Assembly: GCA_951406725.2 (NCBI GenBank)
Contig: OX597822.1
Location: 92,194,001 to 92,258,000, forward strand
Length of the DNA: 64,000 nt
Source: Octopus vulgaris
Lineage: Eukaryota
Reading direction: 5' to 3'
Part shown: positions 12,571-23,595 of the stretch, piece by piece
Layout of the letters: each line of letters begins with the position of its first letter
Position numbering within the stretch: the first letter of the stretch is position 1
Notes under the pieces: model-generated
Database searches by the model: none
What the model was told of the DNA's origin: nothing
Seen by the model: the letters and a program-made list of their open reading frames with translations, nothing else
Made by a program: the position numbers and the translations under genes

Positions 12571-13539
12571 ACTTTCATCCTCTTCAGTAGAAGTTCAGTC
12601 TCAGTGTTTGTCAGCCTTTGCATTTTTTTGGCAATACAAAAGTATATATGTTTAACTAATTTTATTCTAATTTACAAAAGTATTAGCTCATTATCTTGAT
12701 TAATTTCTTATGATCAACTTACAAAAACCATTTAAGCTTTGTGCAGCAGTAGTTAGTTAATAGTCATGGGAAATAGTGTTTGAACAATATGGTACCAAAA
12801 TATGCCATTATCTACAGAAAAATCTCACTCCTATCACGGTTAGGGTTCTCCCCCTACAACACTGAGAATTGCTCTTCATCACATAAACATCACCCACATA
12901 CAACCTTTCTTCCTGCCATCTCAGCCCTGCACTAACTTATGAACAGCAACTTCAAACCCCCTTCAAGTGGAACACAATTACCTAATTTCTTTCAGTTGCA
13001 CTATGACACTATAGCTGTGTGTTTCAAGGAAACAGTTTTGCCATACACTCAACTGAGTCACTATATAGTTTCTGGTGGCCTCACTTGTATAACATTGCTA
13101 AAATTACCTCCCAAGCATTAAGCTTTTCTATAACAAAATATATTTCAACCATGATTAATTCCTGACACACTTTGCAGAGCTGAGGTAAGACTCACACTGG
13201 GCTAGTGCTCACATATCAGGGTTGGTGCTGCTACTACACCCACCAATATCTAGACCATATGCAGAAAAAGGCTCCTGACTGATTGAAAAATTTAAATCAA
13301 CGACAGGCTTTGGTCAACATCATAGCCCACTGACATGATATGTCTTTTTTCCCTCATAAGCTATTGTAGCTATAAAAATCTTTACAATAATACCTTATGT
13401 CCCACTAAAATAGCAAAGTACATAGTACCACCATCCAAAGTACGCACCACCACCATTGAAACCCACCTGACATAGATGTTGCTTCTCTCATCATCCACCT
13501 AATATTGAAGTACAAGTTTGGGCCACCCTCTATCAGGAA

Positions 13540-14530
13540 CAGTGGCAGCCTATACAGTGTTGGCCCACCCTCAGCCTTGATAACAGGCTGCACTCTCACA
13601 GGTTTACTTTCAATCAGGTGGTTGAAGGTTTCCTGGGGAATGGCAGCCCATTCTTCATGGAGTGCCGAAATGAGCTAGAGTATTGATGTGGGTTGGTGTT
13701 CCAAAACATCCCAGAGATGTTCAATGGAATTTAAATCAGGACTCTGCACAGGCCAATCCATTAGTGGATTGTTGTCATCAAACCCTTACAATCCCTACAG
13801 TTTGGACAGGTGCTTGATTGTGTTGAAAGACCCAGTGGTCATCCCGGAACTGGTCTTTAATGATAGGCAACATGAAAGTGGTTAAAATGTCTGTGTAAGC
13901 TTGTGCTGTGACAGTGCCACATAAAGCAACAAGGGTTCCAAGCCCCCTCCAGGAGAAACAACCACACCACGACCCCACCACTGCTGTATTTCACAGCCAG
14001 CACTATTCAGGCTTGTACATAACGTTCACCAGGCATTCACTACACCCACACCCTACCATTAGATTGCCACATTGTGCACCATGATTCATCACTCCACACA
14101 ACAGTTTTCTAATGTTCTATAGTCCAGTTGTGATGCTTTTTACACCATGCGAGGCGGTGTTGGGCATTTGTCTGTGTCATATTGCACCTTGCACCAAACA
14201 GTCATGATGTTTGGAGTAGATCCTGCTGCAGTTTGGAATTGCTGTGTGATGGTGAAGGGTGATAGACAATTATGCTGTATAATCCTCTTCAACACTCGAT
14301 GGTCTCTAAGGGTTAACATGGAAGGTCAGCCCAAATACTTTAGGGTTGTACATGTCCCTTCGTGTTTCCATTTCATTATGATATTGGAAACTGTAGATGT
14401 AGGAATGTTCAGGAGGATGGAAATCTTGTGCACAGGTTTATTAAACAAGTGGCACCTGACCACCTGATCATGTTGAAAGTCTGTTAGTTCTGCACAGTAT
14501 CCCATTCTGCTGCTAGTGGTGTCTGTTGGC
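13540..14530 (-). mobile_element. Degenerate Tc1-like DNA transposon
   Basis: Minus strand gives WCGCFSWRGLGTLV…GTVTAQAYTDIL…VFQHNQAPV and DWPVQSPDLNSIEHLWD (Tc1 WPxxSPDLNPIE motif). Confidence 0.8.
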
Positions 14531-15269
14531 TGCTGAGATTACTGATCATGTGTTCCACATGGTAAATGGTAGTACTGTGTTGCCCCCCTATGATAAACAC
14601 ATTTTATGGTGTTTCCACAAGCTGAATTATTAAATCATCATGTTGGATTATGGTATTAATTTATATTATGTGGCTATTTCTAATGCTGTTGTACTGTCAT
14701 ATAGATCAATTCATTGCCCAATTATCTCTGTGATAAAATGATGATGATAATGGTAATTATGATAAAAGAAAGACACTTGAAATATGGCTCTGTTTCAATT
14801 GTATTTAAATTGTTGTATTTACATTTAAATTGAAATATTTCTATTGCTGTTTGAAGCTGAAACAAATGTGTCAGAATCTAATTTTACAAAGTCTTTATGT
14901 ACTCTTGATCAGAAAAAGCAATACAAGTTCTGTAGGTTCAGGTCAACTGTTATTAAATAACTATGACCAATCTGTCTTCTGTAAATCCAACTACATATTT
15001 GAGTGACAATTTACCAGTTATTTCTGATAGGTCAAGGAAGCGTATAGATGTTCTCTTGTTAGTTTGTGAGGAAATACATTTAAGTCATTTAGGTTTTTTA
15101 TAAATGGTAAAACTTTCTGAGATTTATATTTTATGGGATCATAAGAAAATTTTACCTTTTGATATATTTAGGTATTACTTTTTCTTCATTTCTTAGAATT
15201 TGCATTTAGCTATACATTCTTAGAGTTCAGAAAGTATAAAAGGTATATATATCATTGCTCTGTTGTCTT

Positions 15270-15430
15270 TATTACCTTGCACACATAAGCAAAAGCATGA
15301 TATTGTAATCACTTGTTTTCATCTGTTTGTGTGTTTGCAAAATTACTTGAAAATGGCTGAACAGATTTTCACCAAATTTGGCAGAAATACTCATTGGGTG
15401 AGTGGCTCAAAATGATGAACATTTGGTTTG
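15270..15430 (+). mobile_element. Helentron/DINE-like element head
   Basis: TTATTACC…CATCTGTTTGTGTGTTTGCAAAATTACTTGAAAATGGCTGAACAGATTTTCACCAAATTTGG resembles the conserved block of Helentron-associated interspersed elements. Confidence 0.45.
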
Positions 15431-15474
15431 ATTATCTTTCAAGAAAGCAAAAAAAAAAAAAAAAAAAAGTTTTT

Positions 15475-16000
15475 AAATTGAACATGCAAATTCTCGATAA
15501 GCAAGTGGTCACGTTATTTTGTTCACCTTCTTTTTCATATGAATCAACCCTTGTCTGTGTGTGTGTGTGTGTGTAGAACGTGGTGTACCTATGTTGGTAC
15601 ATACATACATAAATGTGCAATTGAGTGTGTGTGCACATGCAAGCATGCACACACAGTGATGGATTTGAGATTTTTGTTTATTTATGAGTTGCTTTCTTAT
15701 TTTCAGCAGAGTATAAATACTTATAATGGTGATACTTAAAAGAAAATTCTTTTTTTAAATTGAACTTACAATTTTCCTGATGAACAAGTGGTCATATTAT
15801 TCTGATTACTTTCTTTTTTGCATATGAATCAACCCTCATTTGCATATGTATAGATCATGGTGTACCTTTGCATGTAGACAAGTGTGGGTACATACATACG
15901 TAGATATGCAACTCTGTGTGTGTGCAGTGATGGATTTGAGAGTTTTGTTTATTTACGAGTTGCTTTCTTAATTTCACTGGAGTATAAATACCTATAATGG
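15475..16000. repeat. Diverged tandem duplication, period ~280 bp
   Basis: AAATTGAAC…CAAGTGGTCA…CATATGAATCAACCCT…GTGATGGATTTGAGA…GAGTTGCTTTCTTA…GAGTATAAATAC.TATAATGG occurs at ~15475-15730 and ~15757-16000. Confidence 0.85.
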
Positions 16001-16243
16001 ATTTATAAATAAATCAATTCAGTTAAAAAGCTTGGGTAATCAACACATTGTAAGCTACCCTGTAATTTTTGAAAAAATTTATCTGTGCACAGGGTATGTA
16101 TTGCCCTGCCAATCCCTTTTTTTTCGTTTTGATTTGTTTTGTTTTTTTTTGTCAATGATTATTGAATTCTTTTGTGTGCAAATGTTTAAATTCGTTTTTG
16201 TATCCAGTTTGCAAAATTCTTTATGTGAATTTGTATGTTGAAA

Positions 16244-16520
16244 CAAATATTGTTGTGTCTAAGGAGAGTCATACTGCTTTTATATCTAACACACTCACCG
16301 GTTCAATTTCTACTCATTATTTATATTTTTTCTTTTCCATAATTGTTATTGCTTTTGCAACCTTGTCAATGGATATTGACTCTGTCCATTATCCATTGAC
16401 AAGGTTGCAAGAGCAATGAAAATTTTGGAAAAGGAAGATATAAATAATGAGTGGAAATTGAACTGGTGAGTATGTTAGATATTAAGGCAGTATGACTCTC
16501 CCCCGACATAACAAAATTTT
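16244..16520. repeat. ~280-bp imperfect fold-back (inverted repeat)
   Basis: Arms GGAGAGTCATACTGC…TATCTAACA…CTCACC.GTTCAATTTC.ACTCATTATTTATAT and TTGCAACCTTGTCAATGGATA pair with their reverse complements around a centre at ~16382. Confidence 0.85.
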
Positions 16521-16559
16521 TAATGATTGCAAGACATTGGAAAATATTTTGTCTTTCAA

Positions 16560-16617
16560 GACTCTTAATTTTACCTTTTAAATTTATTTTATGTTTTCTT
16601 TTATTTTCCAGGTAAGT
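16560..16617 (+). promoter_or_regulatory. Candidate recursive splice site (3'ss immediately followed by 5'ss, CAG|GTAAGT)
   Basis: ~50-nt AG-free, T-rich tract …TTTATGTTTTCTTTTATTTTCCAG followed directly by a consensus donor GTAAGT. Junction 16611/16612. Confidence 0.5.
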
Positions 16618-16820
16618 CATTTAAGTATGGAGAAAATTTTTAATTATCCTTGGATGTTATTTTTTAATAAGATAGGTAAGATTTATACTCATTTAATTTT
16701 CATTTAATTTAAATTGCGCTTGGTTTCTACTGGGTTTCTGGTCAATGGTTCATTGCATATTCAATAGTGAGAATGGCAGGAGAATATCTGTAACTCTGTG
16801 TAAAACAAATATTACAAGCA

Positions 16821-17113
16821 CATTATTTACAATTGACGGATATTTGTCCTCATTTTATTTGTTCCTGGGTTCTCATTCCTAAGATATTTTTCAATGTTAT
16901 TATTATTCAGGTCACTGCCTGGAATCGAACTTGGAATCTTGGAGTTCGTAGCCCGCACTCTTAACCTCTATGCCATATGTCCAGGTTCGAAATTTCCCCA
17001 AGACACCTGATGAAGGCTGGAGGGTATATCAGCCAAAACATTGTGTTAACAACAAACAAGATGAGGACAAATATCCGTCAATTGTAAATAATGTACATAA
17101 TTCCTCATCTCTT
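16821..17113. mobile_element. tRNA-headed, hammerhead-bearing PLE-type element, copy 1 (inverted arrangement)
   Basis: 33-bp perfect inverted repeat 16821-16853 / 17061-17093. tRNA-like head on the minus strand (TGGCATAGAGG…GTTCGATTCC). Hammerhead on the + strand. Homologous to 31162-31500. Confidence 0.7.
17003..17046 (+). ncRNA. Minimal type I hammerhead ribozyme remnant (G12A in this copy)
   Basis: ACAC-CTGATGA-A-GGCTG-loop-CAGCC-AAAAC-ATT-GTGT. Stem I ACAC/GTGT, stem II GGCTG/CAGCC. Confidence 0.65.
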
Positions 17114-17825
17114 GTATATAGAACTGAAATATTACAAGGGATTGCCTTTGAAGGGTAGCATTTTTGCACTTTTCATTACCCATGTTTATATCTTTCACTG
17201 ATAAACATTGGTAAAAGACAACAAATATGCACATAATGTCCATATATATTTGAATAAGTTATCAAGTGAAACTTAAAGATCCAGCCAACACAAATTTTAC
17301 AATGCTTATGCTTTCATACACACACACACACACACACACACACGCATGCATTACGGTATTTTTCACTGTTTCTGTATTTACCAAATTCTGCTCACAAAGC
17401 ATCGGTCAACCTGACTGTTACTAAATGCTACACAGTGGGATTGAATTCAGGACTAGGTGGTTATGAAGCAAACGTCTCAGCTATCCATACCTGCATTGAT
17501 ATAAAATCTGCTTTATTTCCTCAGGTTCTTGATGTATGTAGTAGATTCAGGTACAACAGAACACAATATTTTAGTCAACACTGTCGTCGTGTTTGTTTTT
17601 AAATCATTGCATAAGTAAGAATCTTGATAATTACAATGTCACATTTGGCAAAGCCATGCCCCAAAACATCTTGTTGTGTGTTTTATATTTCTGTTGTGGC
17701 ACCCTTTCTCCAATGATTGGCTGGTTTTCTTCATTTCCATTGGCTATTGTTTCAGCTAAACTTAGCTTTTTCTTAAATTTGAATTGATTGCCTACCTTCA
17801 CAGAAAATGGTGTTAGTTTTCTTCC

Positions 17826-18244
17826 CTTACTCTCTTTACTCTCTCTTTTACTTGTTTCAGTCATTTGACTGCGGCCATGCTGGAGCATCGCCTTTAGTCG
17901 AGCAAATCGACCCCGGGACTTATTCTTTGTAAGCCCAGTACTTATTTTATCGGTCTCTTTTGCCGAACTGCTAAGTGACGGCGACGTAAACACACCAGCA
18001 TCGGTTGTCAAGTGATGTTGGGGGGACAAACACAGACACACGAACATACACACACATACATATATATATATACATATATACGACGGGCTTCTTTCAGTTT
18101 CCGTCTACCAAATCCACTCACAAGGCTTTGGTCGGCCTGAGGCTGTAGTAGAAGACACTTGCCCAAGATGCCATGCAGTGAGACTGAACCCGGAACCATG
18201 TGGTTGGTAAGCAAGCTACTTACCACACAGCCACTCCTGCACCT
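17826..18244 (-). mobile_element. tRNA-derived CORE-like SINE (main family of the window)
   Basis: Head AGGTGCAGGAGTGGCTGTGTGGTAAG (A box)…GGTTCAGTCTC (B box), CORE-like GGCATCTTGGGCAAGTGTCTT, internal TA/TG microsatellite, tail …CAGTCAAATGACTGAAACAAGTAAAAGAG. Confidence 0.85.
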
Positions 18245-19439
18245 TCATTTTTTTTTTTGGTGCAAATGTCAGTATTCACAAATCATACTGTAAGCATTTT
18301 TCTTCAATAATAGAACCCCTCCCCTCTATCTCTCACACACACCTACATTGAATTTATATTTATCTTTCTTAAGTTTAGCCATGACATGTCAGGACATCAG
18401 ATTTGTGAATTGTAACCAGAACTGAATATTTTTAATATGTCTAGTATACATAATCATAAAATAAACTTGTTTTCATTTCATGAAATTTTTGTTGCCAATG
18501 ACTAACAAAATTGGTGACACATTTTAAGGGCATTTTATTTTCAACCTAAAAATATGAGAATAAAAAACATTATAATGACTGTAAAATTTACTATAAAGAA
18601 ATTAAATTTATTAACCTAATAAATACATGCAAACATGTATATGTTTGTAAGTGTTTATGACCTTATAAAAATTCTGCTTGTTGGTAACACTTTCATGTGA
18701 ATAGTTGAAGGGAAAGAGAGGAGAAAGAAAAAGAAGTGAAGAAAAGAGGGTAGGGCGAAGAGGGAGGGAGAGAAGTGTCCATGATATGAGGTGGGTGGGA
18801 ACTTAACATTTATTACGTGGTTAAAAAAGTTAGTTGAAGGTAGAGGAGGAGAGTTAAAAATATAATTTTAGCAGAGGGTTGATGATCTCATGGTGAGGTT
18901 AAAGAAAAGCTGGGTGGGGGGGGGGTGGGGAGACGGTGGTGGTGATTGGATAGTGAAAAATGTATTTTTTTAAAAGTTGAACCAAGTTTTTCTTTATATC
19001 ACCTATCAATTAATGCATGCACATAAGTGCAATTCTGTGAAATATTCATGCTTATTTACGTGGCAGATATATGCAATTCAACTAAAGTTTGTATCATATG
19101 TACAGTGATATTTTTTTGTTTATGGGAAAATGGAAAAATAAGAATGAAAATTTATTTTATGAGTGCTGTGTAAAATTGTGCATAAAGTGTATATATAAAG
19201 TGCATTAAATAGTCATTGTATTCCAATTTCTTTAACTTTTCTATGAATAGCAGACAAACGGCTATCTTTCCTTACGGACACGACACAGGCTATGCTTTCA
19301 GGTTTTTTAGATAAAATTTTCAGAAATAACGCTATAGGCTTACCATTATTTCCGTGAAATATTCACAGATCCTGCTAGTTAAGTATTTATGAATACACAT
19401 CTACTTTAACTAATTATTAACCATTTATTATTTTTTTAT

Positions 19440-20045
19440 TTTTTACTTGTTTCATTCATTAAACTGTGGCCATGCTGGGGCACCACTATGATGAATTTTT
19501 TTTTTTTTTTTAATCAAATATATCAACCCCACTACTTACATTTTTAAAGCCTAGTATTTATTCTATCAATCTCTTTTTCCAAAGTGCTAAGTTATGAGGA
19601 CAAACACACCAGCACTGGCTGTCAATTGGTGTAGGGGGACAAGCATAGTGACAAAGACATACAGATATATTTATATTATACATATATATTTCTTTACTGC
19701 CCACAAGGGGCTAAACACAGAGGGGACAAACAAGGACAGACAGACGGATTAAGTTGATTATATCGACCCCAGTGCGTAACTGGTACTTAATTTATCAACC
19801 CCGAAAGGATGAAAGGCAAAGTTGACCACAGCGGAATTTGAACTCAGAACATAACGGCAGACGAAATACAGCTACGCATTTCGCCTGGCATGCTAACATT
19901 TCTACTATACAACAGGTTACTTTCAGTTTTCATCTACCAAATGCACTTGCAAGGCTTTGGTGTGCCCAAGACACTCGCTCACGGTGCAGTGGACCCTCAA
20001 GTCCAGGATCATGTGGATGGGAAGCAAACTTCTTACCACACAGCC
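19440..20045 (-). mobile_element. CORE-like SINE split by a Meta-like SINE inserted at its internal microsatellite
   Basis: 3' half at 19440-19660 and 5' half at ~19915-20045 match 17826-18244. Confidence 0.7.
19687..19903 (-). mobile_element. tRNA-related SINE with Meta-domain-like core and Tx1-derived 3' tail
   Basis: B box GAGTTCAAATTCC. Core GGTCAACTTTGCCTTTCATCCTTTCGGGGTTGATAAATTAAGTACC (MetaSINE/Sauria-like). The tail matches the Tx1 3' end at 1723-1770. Confidence 0.8.
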
Positions 20046-21290
20046 ATCAATCAAATATTGTTATGCATCTAAGAAACTTTGTTGTTATTGCTATATTAGC
20101 AATCAGCAAGAGGGATTTGTCTGGCTTCTAAATAATGCCTGGCTATAAAATGTTTCATAGCAGTTATACTTGTTGATCAAGAAACCAGCTGTGTCACATA
20201 TGTAGTCATGCTTCTGCAATAAATTCTCACTGTCTTTTCTTAAAAGCGTGTTAACCAAGCAAATTCAGGCTCATTTATTATTTATTGATCTCAACTGAAA
20301 TAACTTTATTTTCATAACGTCTCTCTCAAATGCTGGCATATCTTTCTCAGATTCTTCCACATCTAACTAGTTAGTACCATATAAGTAGTTTCAGTACCTA
20401 AAAGTTGCTCATCCTACAACATTTTGAAGTTACGTGTTCCATAAATTGCACACCCATACGATCATAGAAAAGGGGAAGAGTACATGGGGTAGAATGCAGT
20501 TGTAAACATGCAATGCCAGACAGCAAGGGGGAAAAAAATGGAATGTATATGATTGGATCATAGGTCAACTCAGTCATAACATCTGCAACAGCTAAAGTGA
20601 ACTCCAGAGACATCAGTTCTTTTCCTGGTTACCAAGATCTTATGGGCTGTTTCAATAAAAAGTTTCTACATGTGTGAACTTTTTATGTAACAACTGTGTC
20701 AATTGACTGTAGTGTGGGGGTGGGATTGTCAACCAGCTGGTGGTAAAACAAAAAATATATATATATATTGAAAGAATCATCTGTTTCTTTCTCACTCCTT
20801 CACTCTGTCTGCCTTTCTTCATCTCTTCTATGCATATGCTAATTTATGAGAGGTCTCTCATAAAGTAACATATATAAACTCCCAACACTTCCAGCATTGT
20901 TTTATTGTTTTTTGTACTACAGCATAAATACACACACTTCGTGGCACATTTTTGAGTTAAGCGGGTGCTAAGTAGTGGTGGTGGTGGTGGCAGTAGCAAG
21001 GAGGAGGAGGAGTAGCAGTGTAAATGGTTCGATAAGGGGATGTGATTGCAAATTTTCTGCATGTGTAGAAAATCATTTCTTCAACATTGCTATTATGTTA
21101 TTAGGGTCTTTAGACTCCCTTTTGTTTCATTCCTGGTAGCAGTAGCAATTATTAATTTTCCTCCAAGATTTCATTCTATTCCAGTAAGAGGTGGATTCTA
21201 AGAGACTTTTATTACTCCACAAAGCATTATTTCACTACTTTACTCAGATGATTCATGTGAGAAAGTGGTGGAGATTCCAGCTTTCACACA

Positions 21291-21360
21291 AGGTGGTATC
21301 AAAACTTTCTCAGACTATTTCTACAGCATGCCAACAGACGACAGCACATGGTTGCATGCC
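21291..21360 (+). mobile_element. Mariner 5'-end fragment (same family as 59725-60545)
   Basis: AGGTGGTATCAAAA…CAGAC…AGCATGCCAACAGA.G.CAGCACAT matches 59727-59790. Confidence 0.65.
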
Positions 21361-21790
21361 ATTTAGCCTTGATCCTGAAATCGCTAGCATCTAACCTATG
21401 TTGTGGGGTACCTTCTTCACCTGAGAGAGTTTGGGCATTTATAAGCAGCCATGTTGCCTGTTTCCTGGTGAGAATGTAATCAATCTGACCAGTGTGCCCA
21501 CCAGACTGGTCGATGAACAAGTATTACAGACCATAAGATCATTTGCATTACAGAACTCCAGCAGTCTGGTTCCCTCCTCATTGCAGGGAACCAAATCCGT
21601 TACCACCATGCACACCATGGAAGCTCACTGGACGTTGTCCAACATGCCCATTGAAGTCAACCAGCCACAAAGGGAATGTCCCTGTCATTTGTCCAGAATA
21701 TTTTGGATTCACTGCTGGGCAAATTGGGATTCTATTCTTTTGTGTAATCATTTTCTCCATGTCCATGACTCCAACTATCAAGAGCCTTCT
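21361..21790 (-). mobile_element. RTE AP-endonuclease fragment
   Basis: DFNGHVGQ…FHGVHGGNGFGS and GQIDYILTRKQ…PQHRL are RTE APE motifs. Confidence 0.8.
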
Positions 21791-21989
21791 CACTAGTTTT
21801 CTTTCTCTGCTGGGTATGGAAACCAATACATTTTCAGTGTCATATTTTAAGAGTTCACAACATTAATTATTATTACATGCTTAACACAAGATGGAGTGTA
21901 TATTACAAGTATTTATTGTCTTTGATAATTAAATCTTTTCAGTTGTCAACTATCTTCTAGTTGGTGTCTATATTCATACTCCTGCGCAT

Positions 21990-22310
21990 TGTTATTGCAT
22001 TACTTTCTCCAGGCTATGGCTATACCATATTTTGAAAACAATAAACTGATATTGTGCTTGCAGAATTTCCAGTATAGATATCCAGATGCTAAACTCACTT
22101 AAATATGAAAAACATACTACCCTGACAGAACATATACACTTCTTTACAAAAAAGAACATACCACATAATATGGCTTGGTCCATCATTGACTCATGTCCTC
22201 CATATGAAAGTCAAAATGCCCCCTGTTGGTTATGTTTTAGGGAATCTATACAAATCTTATCACATAGCCCCACACAATTATTTAACAACCAACATGAAAC
22301 CTTTTCTATG
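21990..22310 (+). pseudogene. Penelope-like GIY-YIG endonuclease C-terminal remnant
   Basis: HTTLTEHIHFFTKKNIPHNMAWSIIDSCPPYESQNAPCWLCFRESIQIL fits the PLE T.LS.H.W.LK…W.I…PY……C.LC..E…IL pattern. Confidence 0.7.
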
Positions 22311-22314
22311 TATA

Positions 22315-22536
22315 CTCTTTCACTTGTTTCAGTCATTTGACTGTGGCCATGCTGGAGTACGACCATTAGTCGAATAAATCGACCCCAGGACTTATTCTTT
22401 GTAAGCCTAGTACTTATACTATTGGTCGCTTTTGCTGAACTGCTAAGTTACGAGGACGTAAACACACCAGCATTGGTGGTCAAGCAATGGTGGTGGGGAC
22501 AGACACATGCACAAATATATACATACATACATACAT

Positions 22537-22584
<48 letters not shown>

Positions 22585-22742
22585 CTGGCTTCTTTCAGCT
22601 TCCATCTACCAAATCCACTGACAAGGCTTTGGTAAGCCTGAGGCTATAGCAGAAGACACTTGCCCAAGGTACCACACAGTGGGACTGTATCCAGAACCAT
22701 GTGTTTGGGAAGCAAGCTTCTTACCACACAGCCGCTCCTGCA
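22315..22742 (-). mobile_element. CORE-like SINE copy
   Basis: Colinear with 17826-18244. Confidence 0.85.
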
Positions 22743-23100
22743 TCTATGACTTTCTAAAATCATTTAAGTTTACTACTGATTCTCACTAATGTATAGTTTA
22801 GACATCATATGAGCTCACTTGATTAAATTAGTATCTCTACATTATCATCATATCCTTTTATAGATTTTCATGTATCCTTTAAATCTTATTTACACATCCC
22901 ATTAGGCCATCTCTTCTCAAGGTTAAAAAGTTATACACTCAGTTATATGTATAATTAATTTAACTTACCAGATTCTTTGATTGATTTACTTATATATCTA
23001 TTGTCTGTTGTCCATTATTACTATATTTGCTTTGTCCATGGGCCCTATAATTTCATTAGCATTACAAGTTTTAAAATTTTAATTAATATCTTATTAATTT

Positions 23101-23482
23101 AGGTGCACACATGGCTGTGTGGTAAGAAGCTTGCTTCCCAACCACATGGTTCCAAGTTCAGTCCCACTGCATGGCACCTTGGGCAAGTATCTTTTACTAT
23201 AGCCTCGGGCTGACCAAAGCCTTGTGAGTGGATCTGGTAGATGGAAACTGAAAGAAGCCTATTATATATATCTGTGTATGTCTGTCCCCCCCCCCACTGT
23301 TAACTGACAATCAATGTTGGGGTGTTTATAACTTAGCAGTTTGACAAAAGAAATCAATAAAATAAGTGCTAGGCTTAAGAAACAATAATTCCTGGGGTCG
23401 ATTTGTTTGACTAAAACCTTTCAAGGCAGTGACCCAGCATAGCTACAGTCAAGTGACTGAGATAAGTAAAAGATAAAAAGAT
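23101..23482 (+). mobile_element. CORE-like SINE copy
   Basis: Head AGGTGCACACATGGCTGTGTGGTAAG, GGCACCTTGGGCAAGT, tail CAGTCAAGTGACTGAGATAAG. Confidence 0.8.
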
Positions 23483-23502
23483 TATATTATTGGTATTTAT
23501 AA

Positions 23503-23595
23503 GGTATCAAGCTGGCAGAATTATTAGCAGCATTTCGTCCACTGGTGTCGACTTTGCCTTTCATCCTCTCAGGGTCAATAAATAAGTAGCAGTTA
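23503..23595 (+). mobile_element. Internally deleted Meta-like SINE
   Basis: GCTGGCAGAA…GTCGACTTTGCCTTTCATCCTCTCAGGGTCAATAAATAAGTAGCAGT. Confidence 0.65.

Noticed and set aside
13178-13184. 7-nt microexon TTTGCAG|AGCTGAG|GTAAGA
   Set aside because: Frame-shifting length, poor pyrimidine tract, and it lies in probable old repeat sequence.
18700-18950. Purine-rich tract with a G-run (potential G-quadruplex)
   Set aside because: Low-complexity sequence with no supporting functional context.
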